A program made the position numbers and the translations under genes. A DNA stretch of 64,000 bases. Source: Malacoraja senta. Its lineage: Eukaryota. The notes beneath the pieces are model-generated. The model was given only the letters and a program-made list of their open reading frames with translations, was not told the DNA's origin and ran no database searches. Positions within the stretch are counted from its first letter, which is position 1. Each line of letters starts with the position of its first letter. Positions 1 to 12,298 of the stretch are shown in pieces. The stretch lies in the NCBI GenBank assembly GCA_038087875.1, contig CM075987.1, positions 11,036,001 through 11,100,000 of the forward strand, in the 5' to 3' direction.

Positions 1-129
1 ATTATCATAAATATTCTACAGTTTAATTTCCCCCCATTAATCAATGAAGCATATATTAGAGTAATTTTCAAATTGTATGCAGTGGCCATTTTGGATTTGA
101 GATTAAGGTTCACATTGTTATCTTAGAAA

Positions 130-154
130 ATGGCTGCCGTAGCAGTAGGCAAAG
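130..154 (+). CDS. EHMT1: Candidate alternative first coding exon of EHMT1 (MAAVAVGK, phase 1)
   Basis: AAAATGGCTGCC start context, 8 codons + G, then a perfect AAG|GTAAGT donor; phase 1 fits the acceptors at 20761 or 21658; MAA start resembles human MAAADAE; no transcript evidence. Confidence 0.4.
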
Positions 155-503
155 GTAAGTGAAAAGTGTAGCTGTGAGAAATACGTCCTCGCAAACAGAA
201 TGTTTTCAAAGTTATTTTAAATCAAAAATTTATTGCAGAAAACATCTAATGCAGCATACAGAACTATATGGGAAGGTGTGTGTGATTAATTTGGTTTTTA
301 AAGATAAGTATGAAAGTTATCAATAGTCTGTTTTCTGTTGTAGGAAATTTCTAGTTTGTAAACAATTTGAAACTAATTAGTTTATAGCAGTTATGGAGAA
401 CATAATCCAGCAGGAATCTTAAAGATTTTTTTCTGCAATATTTATGGATCCAGCTAGTTTCCCAGAATGTTTTATTCTTATTTTAACTACTCTTATTGAG
501 TTA

Positions 504-680
504 TAAACTAAGTGTTGGAGGAATTCAGTGGGTCAGGCACCATCTATGGAGGGAATGGACAGATGAGATTTCTGGGGAGTGGGGAAGATCCCTTCTTCAG
601 AAGGAATTCTGAAGCAGACATAATTGCTCCAAATTTAGTGGTTGTTCAAGATTCCAGCATCTGCAGTCTTTGTGTTTCAG
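504..680. mobile_element. Short Penelope-derived element
   Basis: tgttggaggaattcagtgggtcaggcaccatct...cccttcttcag...gattccagcatctgcagt, flanked by direct repeat TCTTATTGAGTTA (491-503 and 681-693). Confidence 0.7.
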
Positions 681-1949
681 TCTTATTGAGTTAATGTTTA
701 TATTTGGAAATTGCATGGGAATGTATTTGCCAAATGATTTAAGTCTTTAAGATTCTGCCATTAGAATTGTATAATACTACCAAACTAGATTGATTGACAT
801 TGGAGCTCGTCTTTTCTTATGTGAACAATTGCAGATGTTCTTTATTGGCCCTTGACTTAATCATGTTTTATGTACTAAAAGCAGAAGATGCTGGAAATAC
901 TCAGTAGGTCAGGCAGCACCTGTGGAAAGAAAAAGTGTTAACGTTTCATGTAAAAGGCTTATCATCAGAACTGGGGAAAAACATACCAGAAAAAGAATTG
1001 TTTTATCTTGAGTGAACATATTCTGAACACTTCTTTCTTCGAAACAGCTGGATTTGGTCCACATTCCATTGGCCTTGTATATTTTCTCAGAACATTTCTT
1101 GGTGCTTAATCTTGGAGGAAATAAAAATCGAAAAACAATATTTCAATGAAAGTCCTCCAAAACATATGTTCTCTTGCTAATTGGTATATTTCATGCAAGA
1201 TATGATTATTTAAAAAATAAAATCCAAGCTTAAGAATTGTAAATTAACAATTTGATTTTCAGGAAAGGGACAAGTGCTCGAAATCTTAAAGAAAATATTT
1301 TTGAAATGCACACAAAGATAACAATCAGCAAGAGGAACTGTGATATAGACATTTTGATATGGATTTTTCTCGGAAGCTCAACATATGGGGGGGAGGGGGG
1401 GGGGAGTAGTGCATATTCAAAATAATTAGTATCACTTGCACTAATTTAGGACTTTTGTATATCCTAAATTATATGCTTTATCACTTGCTTAATGAAATTT
1501 CATGTTTTCAGAATAAAAGTGATATTTCTTAAAAGCTCTCACTGTTCAATTGTATAAATGGCAGAGCAATATATGAGGCAAGGACAAAATTGAAATTCAA
1601 CATTCAAATCGCAGAAACAACTTTGCCTAAAAACGGAATACCAACATTCAATTCATGGAGATAACCTTGCCTAAAAATTGATCCTTAACACTGAAGGAGA
1701 ACAATGCTATGCAGCTGATAATAGGGTTAGCCTAAGGGAGAATACAAAATTCTACTTGTTGTCAGGCAGGCCTCTTAGCATCTGGTTCAAATTTCAATCT
1801 GTGAATTTCCTGGAGTATTTATAATAGCACAAAAATATGGTTCCAATGTAAAAATTATAGAATATGTATATCTATATAAAGATCTATAACAAAGGATGTA
1901 ATTACACAACACCTTGGAAAGAGTAATAGGATTGAGCAGAGGAAGCATG

Positions 1950-2600
1950 AATTTATGAAAGGATTTTCTGCCTATTTTTAGTGTCATCTGCAAACTTACT
2001 AATCATGCCTTGTACATTCCCATTGAAATAGTTGATGGAGATGATAAACAGCAATGGGCCAGTATCGATCCCTGAGGAAATGAGGAAACCATTAGTCTCA
2101 GGCCTCCAGTCTGAAAGAAAACCTTCGAACGCCATCCTCTGCTTCTGACCATTAAGCCAATTCTGTATCCAGTTAACTAGCTCTTCCTGGATCTCATGAT
2201 ATCTAATCATCTAGTTCAGCAACCAACCTTGTTCACATAGACTACATCTAAGGGACTGTCCTCATCAACCTTCTTGGTTACTATTTCCAAAAAACTCATT
2301 AAAATTGATGAGATATGATCTCCCAAGCACAAAACCATGCTGACTATCCTTAATCAACCTGTCTTTCCAAATGTACACTTATCTAATCCCTCAGAATCCT
2401 CTCCAGAATTACTGGTCTAAAATTCACCGGGTTTTTTTTGCAGCAGTTCTTAAATAGAGGCATAATATTGGCCTCACAGTCTTCTGGCACCTCACACCTG
2501 TCTAACGACAATTCAGATATCTCAGCCAAGACTCGCACACTTTTTTCTCTAGCTTCCCATAGTGTTCTTAGATATATCTGATCAGGCCCAGGAGATTTAT
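1950..2600 (-). mobile_element. CR1-type LINE reverse transcriptase fragment (degraded)
   Basis: Translations WIQNWL..KQR, GPLLF, ISKFADDTK, KSPGPDQIY.R.LWEA, VPED..AN..PLFK. Confidence 0.9.
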
Positions 2601-2809
2601 ACAAAAAGCTGGAGTAATTCAGCGGGTCAGACAGCATCTCTGGAGAAAAGGAATATGTGACGTTTAGGTCGTGACCCTTCTTGAGAATGAGAGTCAGGGG
2701 CCTGGATGAACTGCAGGAAGAAGACTGAGATCTCCACGCCTCCTCCTTTGAAGACCAAGACTGAGCTGCTGGGACAACCATCAGATCGCCGGTGCCATTG
2801 CACATGTGT

Positions 2810-3836
2810 TAGCAATGTTACAAAATTTTGAGATTTTAAAATAAAGTCTGCAATTTATCCCATCAGATAAAGCATAAAAAGAAGTTTAATTTGACAACTA
2901 ATTCACTTTCATATCTTCAGTATTAAAGAAGTTATGGCCATTTTCATACTCGGAAATTAGCATCTTGTTCCCTATTGCTTTTCCATTGACTTAACACAAA
3001 AGCTGTGATCGAGGACAGTTAAAAGCCCATAACTTTCTTAAAAATTAAGATAACTGAAAGAAATTTTCAGTTATTATAGATTGAAGCATTCTGAAACAAA
3101 TATGAAACAATCTTACTTAGAAGACATGAAAGTAAAGCATATAATTAGTTAGTTACCTAATTGTAGCTAATTACAAAATTCAATTACTAGATCTAAACCT
3201 ATCAATTTCTTAAGAATAGATTAACATTTTTAAATAGCCTAAGTGTCCAAATAACATTCACACAATAATTCACAATATAACATAATTTTTAAATCTCATT
3301 TTCATGAATTTACAGGCCAAATGGAAGGAATTGAATGTTTAATACCTGTAAATTAATGGGCATTTAAATCATCTTGCGAGTGAGGATTTCTGGAACGCAA
3401 TCTTTTGGAACGTTCATTTGCGGTGAATTTAACCCCGTATTGGCATGAAAAATTCTGCCGTTAGGTCGGGGAATAAAATCACCGTGTCGCATGAAAAAAT
3501 GTGAATTAAAGGCTTCTTAAGAAGCACTTTTATACATTTAAAGAAACCACTTTCGTTTACCTGTCCCGTGTGTGAAATCCGTCCCCGTTATCGGCGTTGA
3601 CGCTTCAGGAGCTGCTTTAAAAATTACTCTAGCGCTGACATTGACGATTTAATAAAAATAAAAAATTCACAAAACGCCGCTAGGAACGATTTGTACTCCA
3701 ACGAAATATAATTCAGGACATGGGAGGAGAAACTGCGTTTTAACCCCGCCCCCCCCCCCTTAAAGGCGCCAAAATCGCGCACACGGCCAGTGGCAGAATT
3801 ACAGCGCGACTGAAGGTAAGTTTTGTAACATACCTA
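2810..3836. mobile_element. Non-autonomous DNA transposon, copy 1 (TAG...CTA ends, 7-bp TSD)
   Basis: Imperfect TIR TAGCAATGTTACAAAA / TTTTGTAACATACCTA; TSD CATGTGT; highly similar to 41414-42455. Confidence 0.9.
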
Positions 3837-4314
3837 CATGTGTGAGGGACAGCACTCCTCGACTTTCTTACCACTGTGAATAAAATATATCGCGTGCGTT
3901 TGCCCTACGAGTTCGCCCGCAAGTGACGGTGTAGTCACTGCCGAACCCGGTGTCATCCCCGGCGCCACAGTTGATATGATTCAGTTCAACTTACTTTAGA
4001 AATTTGTATTAATTGAGCTTTGAATTGGAGCAATGTGGCTTCCCTGGGAAAGCCTTTGTGCATTGTTTCAACTTGCCATTTTCTGTTACATTGGTTAGAT
4101 TTTTGTTTTTTATAAATTGTAATTATTATAAATTATAAATTTATAAATTGAAATGGATATTTAATGGTAATTATCTATGATTTAGACTTTTCCATGTTCA
4201 TAACTTTTTAAATGTTCAAAGTAAAACAAATAGACACAAGTGTCCACTTATTAATATTATTATACGGTCGTGAAACTCAGCAGTACAGTATTTTATTTAG
4301 CTTCCAAATAACAA

Positions 4315-4385
4315 GCCATTTTTGGTGTCCCAGTGCTTAAACATGAAATGGCTGACTATGCATGTATCTCAACTGAGCATGCTCA
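4315..4385. promoter_or_regulatory. Candidate regulatory module (YY1-like x2 + TGAGCATGCTCA palindrome)
   Basis: GCCATTTT 4315, GAAATGGC 4345, TGAGCATGCTCA 4374-4385; motif evidence only. Confidence 0.35.
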
Positions 4386-6564
4386 CAGCAACACAGCTGA
4401 TCCTATGAAGAAGCAGATTTGAACAGGACTCAAACTAGGATTATGATGTAGAAGCCTCTTAAAGTTTTAGCAAGACTGTTGATCTCTACATTCAGGGTTT
4501 GTTTACTTCACAAATGGTACATTTGTTTCTGAAGGTTTGAAGATGGTAAATATCCTCCTAGTTCCACACAAAATGCTGGAATAATTCAGCGGGACAGGAA
4601 GCATCCTCCTAACTGATTGGAACACTGGAACTTCAGAAACCCCAATGGAAAGTTTCAAGCGTTTCTCAATTTTATCATACATTTGCTCAAGCTAAATTTT
4701 TGATAAAGATTTCAAATATGTTACCCTCTGAGGGGCCAAATAATTCTGCAGTATTGCTATATGTGAACATCAATTTAGGCACTTTTTGAGATCTTTGAGG
4801 CCTAAGGTGTGAGCTGTAGCACAATAAAAATATTCATCGATATTTTACAGAATAGCAGAAATTGTGTGAAGATTTGTATGCCAGAGAAGGCTTGATTTAA
4901 TGGAATGATGTTTTCTAAACTGATACATGATTGCCTTTGAAAATGATATCATGATGCCTGGCACTTGATGTCAATGGTGTCTTTTGTTTGAGAGTATGAT
5001 TTTGTAAATGTTCATATTTGAATTAATCTATGGTGTTTGTGTTGAAGTGATAAATTACAAGATAACTGGATGTAGAAACTATTCCAGCTACGTTTGTTAT
5101 TCATTCCAGTATATTTGAAAGACTTTTTAAAACAAACATGTAACTTTAATTTCAGCAAATACTTTGTGGGCTTCTGATGTCATAAACCATTGGGAGTGTT
5201 ATTTTGGTTTCTATGTTCTGTAAAACAATGGCAAAGGACAAGGAAAAACTGAATTTTGCATGGTGTTTCAAAAGTGCCACACATGATACTTTTATAGAAT
5301 TATTCCGTCATATTTCTGAGTTTCTGTTGACCAGATTTTTAAACTAGTTTTAATCTAGTTTTGGATAAAATAAAGTTTTGGAGCTTCCTCGTTGTTAATA
5401 TTTTATTCTTCAGTTCCCATTTATTTTTGTATTAATCTTTATTTAGTAAATAAAGTGAATTGTGAATTGTGAATTTGAGCTGTTATCTAGTCAGAAAAGC
5501 AAGCATGAATTTTTGCTCATGTCATGCAAGAGCAAGTCATTGAACAAATACTTGGAGGAACATTGCAGCTGTTCACCAAGATTCTTCAAGATAATTTTTC
5601 CAAGAGAATTTATCTGTTTTTAATTATAAGCGATGATGAACAAAGAGTAAGCAATCTGAATTTGATGGTACCTTCTTTAAGTAAAAGCACTTCAGAAAAA
5701 AAATAAGATAAACAGTTATGTAAAAGTCGAGGAATTTCTGTGTTCAGTTTTTTTGGCTTTATATAATCTGGTCGAGGTTCGTTTTTTAATATGAATCTTG
5801 ACAATAAGAGCATATCCAGATTATCCAGTAAAGCCATATGTCACCAAATTTAATTTAATCATATTTAGCTGCACTAAGATTTTTGCCACATACAAAACAG
5901 GCTGGTTATTCTATTTATCTCCTAACACCGCAAACTGTTTCCATCAATTATGAGGAATGTTAAAATTTTAGTGGCATGCTTTTTGGTTTAATGGATGCAG
6001 TTATCACAACATTTAAAAGTCTTTATACCAACCAGGACTATACAATTTGTTCGAGCATACCATACATAACTCTATACTGGTAGTTCCCAGCCTGAGATCC
6101 ATGTACCAAATGCAGTCCAATCAGCACACTTCTGCAACTCGTGACATCATACAATACAAATTTTAAATGGATACATGGCTTTCGTGGTTGCAGTTCACTT
6201 AACAATGTCAAATGATTTAAGAACCACTGGCGTGAAAAATCACTCCCTCCACCACTAGCGCCACGTCTATATATTGACCCATTTCGAAAATCTACTGCAA
6301 CAACATAGAGTTCGAGTGAAAGACCTGCTTCAATCCTTGACCTCTATACCAAGAAGGATGCCAGGCAAGTAGAATGAGAGCAGAAGGCTGAGACCAATTT
6401 GACTTGATTCCTTTGTTGTTGATGTGTCTGAATTCTCGAGCTCTCCGCGCAAAACCATTTTGGGTGTTCCTTTTCCTGACAGACTATAATAATTTAAAAA
6501 AAGTTGACAATAATTCCCTTCTCAAAGGTATTATGACTGGATATTTAATGCAGGTGAAATCCTG

Positions 6565-8126
6565 AAATTACACCAAAACGGTACATGATAGTGCTACAAT
6601 TTTTGGCCCACCTTACCATTGTCCTGGTGTGTGGTGTATCAAGTTTCGCTCAGATTGATGGTATATTTTACAAGTTGTTCGCATTTTAAACTTTACAAAA
6701 CCCCAGTTTAACAAAAATCTTTCATCTGCACTGGCAGTTAGCAGCGTTTGACGTCACAATGGGATCTCATTTACATAAACTACCCGTCATCAGTGTTCCA
6801 CCCCACAATGATGTCACAATGGGATCTCATTTACATAATAAAAGTCAGCTTTCAAAAACACAAGCATCCGCCATGACATCACAATGGGATCTCATTGACA
6901 AAATAAAAACACAGCAGCTTCCACCTCACAATGACGTCAAGGGCCACCTCACAATGACGTCAAGGGGGGTAGGGAGGGGAGAGGGGTTATGAAGGGAGGG
7001 AGTGACTGATGGTAGGGGAAAGGAGAGAGATGGAGAGGTGAGGGAGGGGAGGAGGAGAGGGGAAAGAAGAGGGAAGGTAAAGAGGAGAGGGAGCGAGTAC
7101 TGGGGATGAGGGGAAATGAGCTGTGTCTGCGGAGTTGGGGGCTATAGGTGAGTGGTGGAATATTGCGTTGGGGGCACATTTTAAACTTTACAAAATCCCA
7201 CTTTGACAAATTCACTTGCATGCACTGACAGTTAGCTGCTTATGATGTCACAATGGGATCCCAAATCTCAATTACATAAAAGATTGCTCTTTTGGGGGAG
7301 AGGACGAGGAGAGGATTGTTGCTTAATGTTATTAAAAAACAGATGGAGGGGAGGGGAGGGGGGTAGGGAGGGGAGAGGGGTTATGGAGGGAGAGATTGAG
7401 TGACAGAGTAGGGGACAAGAGGGAGGGAGTGGTGAGTGGGGGAGGGGAGGAGGAGTGGGGAAAGAAGAGGGATGGTGAAGAGGAGGGGGAGGGAGTGCTG
7501 GGTGATGAGGGGAAACAGCAGCGCCTGTGCAGTTGGGGGCTATTTTTGACAAAAATCACTTGAACTTGCAGTGGCAGTTACCAGCGCATGACTAAGTCAC
7601 ATTGGGATCTCATTTACATAAACTGCCCGTCAGCAGTGTTCCACCCCACAGAGACAAACTCCCTGTTAAGAAACACAGCAGCATTCCACCATTACATCAC
7701 AATGGAATCTCATTTAGCAGCGTATGACGTCACAGTGGGATCGCGAATCTCATTTACATAAAAGATTGCTCTTTTCAAAAAAATGTCATGACAATGTCAA
7801 CAAAGACAGAACTCTCAGTGCAATGAGAGATTTGTTACATTGTTGTAAGGAGAGGGGACGAGGAGGGGATTGTTTACTGTTATTTAAACAGATAGAGGGA
7901 AAGGAGGGGGTAGGGAGGGGAGAGGGGTTATGGAGGAAGGGAGGGAGGGAGTGACTGAGGGTAGGGGAAAGATGAGGGAGGGAGTGGGGGAGGAGGAGAG
8001 GGGGAATGAGCCGAGCCTGCGCATTTGGGGGCTATGGGTGAGTGGGGGAATATTGTGTTGGGGAATGGGTGAGTGGTGGAATATTGCATTGGAGGAAAGG
8101 GGCCCAACAGGTCCCACTTGGTCTAG
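6565..8126 (+). mobile_element. Non-autonomous Helitron, copy 1 (internal tandem units; 5' end not resolved)
   Basis: 3' end GGGGCCcaacaGGTCCC hairpin + acttggtCTAG|T; shares subterminal and 5' motifs with 31864-33293 and 61767-62705. Confidence 0.8.
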
Positions 8127-9349
8127 TCCTTTTTAAAATCTTTACTCTTTATCTCTAACATCCCAGGAGGGGAGAGGGATTGGGGAGGGGTTGGGGGGGA
8201 GGGGAGAGGAGAGGGTCGGGGTGGGGGCAGGGGGGGGGGGGGGTTGGGGCTTGAGTAAAGTGCATGCATTTGTGGGTTAAGCCTTAATTTAAGGATGGTT
8301 AGTCTGGAAAATTGTTGAAGATTTCAATTTCAGAACATTTCAATTTCAGAACATTTCTGCAATAATTTCTCAAGCCTAGCTATTTCAGTGGTTTCATTAA
8401 TGATGTTCTCTATCATGCGATTGATAATGATTCTATTCACAATACTTGCAACAATATCTGGAATTGTTTAGGCTTGGATTAAATTGTGGAGTAATATTCA
8501 TCTCATGCCTGTCAGCAACAGTCTCCAGCAAGAGATCTCGCATCAATTATCCCAGCGATTTAAAAGTCATTACCATTGCTAAATCAGCTAATATCAGCCT
8601 GCATATCGATGGAAAAATCGATACTTGGATTGGCTTGCCTTAGTCCTCACATCTCTCCTCAAAGGAGACATTGGGAATGTAATAGAATATTGCCTACTTC
8701 CCTCAATGTAGTTATGTCACTCATCAGGACATTTGAGACTCTGAAGGACAAAGAAGTCTTCTTTGATATTTTGTTTTAGTAAAGATGGCATTGTAGATAC
8801 TAATTTCGGGTTCGATGTTGGGAAAATTGTACCATCCATTCGGAGATGTTAAATAAAAGGAACAAAATTTGTACTGCTGCAGCTCTGATAGATTTTGTAA
8901 AATAACATGTAGAGTAATATAAAATGGCACCTTATTTTTAAATTAGGATTTTTTTTGGACCTAAAAAAGAGCTGCAACCAAGGCCAAAAAAATCAGCCAT
9001 TTTTACACAGTACATTTTGGAGCATATCTTATTGACACCTTATGTGTAAAAGATTTAATAACATTTTTGCTCACCTTTTATGTCTTGATTGTATGGGTAA
9101 TTTATTTTTTCAACTTGACTTGGTCGATAAATTAGGATCTGTAGCAGGAGGTTGGACAATTGCTTTTGAACTACATTCATTCACATTTCCCAAATTGTAA
9201 ACTCCAATTTTGCAGTTTAAAAAATGGGCACTTTGAACTGCAAAAAAAGTCATTGGTACAGGATTATGGCCTTGCCTCAGTGTTGGATCAGTGCTGTTGC
9301 CTCAACTTTTTATCCTTTAGTATGAATGACTTGAGTAAAGTACAGAATT

Positions 9350-9826
9350 AGTTCAATGGATATTTATTGTCGCATATGCAATACATATGTCACATATAAC
9401 ATTACATAGTGAAATTCATTTTGCATATAATGTCGCCGCCGCCATGTTCAAAGTGCTGGCCTGTCCAAGCGTAGCCATGGGGTCCTCCACCACTGTCCGG
9501 TCCAAGTGCTTGGCCTCTGATCGATGCCCGGTCCAGCCGAGCCCCACACTGCTGCAGGTCCTTCTGCAATCCTCCATCGAGGCACTGCATTCCCTCCTGC
9601 AGCCAGTCTGCTTACTGGCCCTCCATCCAACTCCTTCCACTCTGGGCAGGCGAGCTGGGCGGGTTCCAGTCTGCGACGCGGCTCCTCTGTCCGTGGCAGG
9701 GGAGTCGGTCCGACTGACTGGCTGGGTCCACCGTCCGCTGCGTGCAAGTCTCCGGCGAGCGAGCCGGGCCTGCAGGGCTGGTCCTCAGTCTTCGGGCCGT
9801 GGCTCCTCGGGATACTCCCGCTCCTT
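9350..9826 (-). mobile_element. GC-rich LINE 3'-UTR-like element
   Basis: Left edge tatttattgtcgcatatg...gaaattcattttgc resembles the reversed LINE tails elsewhere in the window; CpG-rich body; family not identified. Confidence 0.45.
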
Positions 9827-12212
9827 ATTAAAGATAAGATATCAGTGTATCAGATATCAGAAGCAATTCAGAGATTTACAAGACTAATAATTAGAATTGG
9901 TTTATTTTCTTATGAGGACTGGCTAAGTGTGTGCAGGAATTTAGAAGAATGAATGAGGGCACAGGCAGAACTCTAGAGGATGATGACAGGATGGATGTGG
10001 AGTGGATGTTTCCTCTTAAGGGATAATATAGAATTAGAGGTCAGTTAAAAAAAATATAGGGAAACACAAGAGGCTGTAGATGCTGGAATCTTGAGCAAAA
10101 AACAAACTGCTGGAATGGGTAGGACAGCATCTATGAAGGGAAACGAGCAGATGAAACTAGCAGACATTTTGAAACTAGCAGACATTTTGGGTTGGCACCC
10201 TTATCAGGAGTCCATTTCCCATCACATAAAAAAACTGGTTCAGGGTTGGTTTTGCCTTGGTTTTATATCAATGTTGTCAAATCAACTTTTTACAATAAAC
10301 ACTCCTGAGTCTCTTGATGTTTTCTGATAGAATTAATGCGTCCTCAATGGACTAAATGTGTCTACAGACATTACAGGGTTAATATACATCAAGCAATGAT
10401 TTGCCACTATTAAATGGTGCCACAAGTCCAACATTTTGTCTGTTTGCCAGGCTTCGATAAACATCAGAAAATGTGAAGATGGAACAGTATGATGCATGGA
10501 AGGATATTCATGGTGTGATATTCTTCACCTTGGCCTGGCTATGCCTTTACTGTGTGGCAGATGATCCCATATAGAGCCTGGTACATTGGAAACCATTAAA
10601 TATTCTTTCGAAATTCTTTTAGCCTGTCTTAATAGTTGCTTAGAAACTCTCTTCCATGTTTAAAGTACTAAACAAACTCAATTTCTGCATGCCTCCAAAA
10701 TTCAACATATTCACCCCTAAAGTGCTGATGGTACTGGTAAGGTGTGTGCTGTTGCTATTCATTAATACATTTCTCGAAAGCCAAAATATATATATATATT
10801 GATCGTGTCACCCATTCACATGTATCTGGTAATTATTTTCTAATTGAATAACACATATTTAAGTTCATTCCATTTCTTTCTCAAGAACGAGAGCCTGGAA
10901 ATGTAATTTCCCTTTACCCTTAAAATAATAACTGCCGAATTTCCACCATGTTTCTTGGATTAATTTCAGTAGTGAACATATAATGAGGAACATCAAACTG
11001 AAAGATAATTAACTATACATGTATCTGGTTGTAATTCTGTTCTATTTATGAATGTTTCTATAATCGTCCCAAAGTGTTAGGTATATTTCTATAATCCTCC
11101 CAAGTGTTCGGGATGCCAAGAGATTGAAACCTAAAAATGATTTCTGATTGTATGCTTGATTTTGTTTCCAGAGATTTTAACTCAATAAAAATTATTGGTA
11201 GCATTTGGTGTTAGGTCGTACAATATGCACAAATATATTTTTGTATTTTTTCTTAATTTAATTTTACTGATCTAATTTAACTGATCCAATTAAAAAAAAA
11301 GGTTGCATGGAATGCTGTAACATCATATTCTGATCCAGATTCTTATGACATAACCGAATGATACAAATATCAAAGCAGTGTAATTAGGTGAGTGGAGTAG
11401 ATTGCAATGTCATTTGGAATAAAATAGCATTCTGTACTAGAACATTCTGAATTGTTTTACTATGCCTGAACCATTGTTGTATCTGCAACTGTTGTATTAA
11501 ATGACATAATTTGTCTCCTGACGGTTTGTATTCTAATAAGTTGTTTTTAAAACTATTTTCATGCAAATTCATGTACACAAAATAATAATCTCCAGTTTAG
11601 AATTTGTATAAAGTAAAGAAGAATAATAGCAATTTTATGACACAGGAAGAAATCATTTGGTCCATTGTCAGTTGATTGAAATAGAGCTACTACAGTTAAT
11701 GTCACTGTACAGCCCTGCAGTTTTGTTTCTTTTTCATATTTTCACAAATAGAAATTCTACACATCCAGGTGAATGAGGTTCTTTAACAGACATTTGAAAT
11801 GCATGCATTTGAAAAAAAATGTTTCTGGTCTTTTCCTGTTTTTCATGTTTATGTAGTACATTTATTATTTTGCATGTCTCGTAATTCCAAAATGTCGCCT
11901 AGCTGCTGGTATGGAACAGGAATTGAGTATTATGCAAAGATATATTCATTAAACCAGTTCGAGTAATTTGAATAGATGATTACATTTAGAAATTCTTGAA
12001 CACGATTATTTTACTGAGTCATATGTATAATTTTATTGTTTGGGAGTAATTTTGTAGCTACTCAATTCTTGATTTATTTAAAATGCAACGTGTAAAATGA
12101 AGTGAATTCCTAGTTTATTGTCCCAACTGATTTGTTGGAAATTTATTGAGCATATGTCTGCATGCAAATAGTATCCATAAAGGTTCACATTTCAGAGTAT
12201 TGAGCATTGAAT

Positions 12213-12298
12213 GCCATTTGAGCATGCTCACTACAGTGAATTAAACCCTAATATGATGCTGTAGCATTTGATCACTATTCTTTGAAAATGAGGTAAAC
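12213..12298 (+). promoter_or_regulatory. Candidate regulatory module (GCCATTT + TGAGCATGCTCA + donor)
   Basis: Palindrome 12219-12230; GAG|gtaaac at 12292; motif evidence only. Confidence 0.35.

Noticed and set aside
6078-6229. Possible ancient hAT MITE (gtagttcccagcct...aagaaccactg)
   Set aside because: Ends too degenerate and no TSD identifiable
8446-8779. Short ORFs as extra EHMT1 exons
   Set aside because: No convincing acceptor/donor pair or similarity to GLP; may be non-coding conserved sequence but unsupported
9387-9952. Overlapping 140-166 aa ORFs as a nested gene or CpG-island promoter
   Set aside because: GC-rich segment bounded by a LINE-like tail and open in several frames on both strands; no recognisable protein
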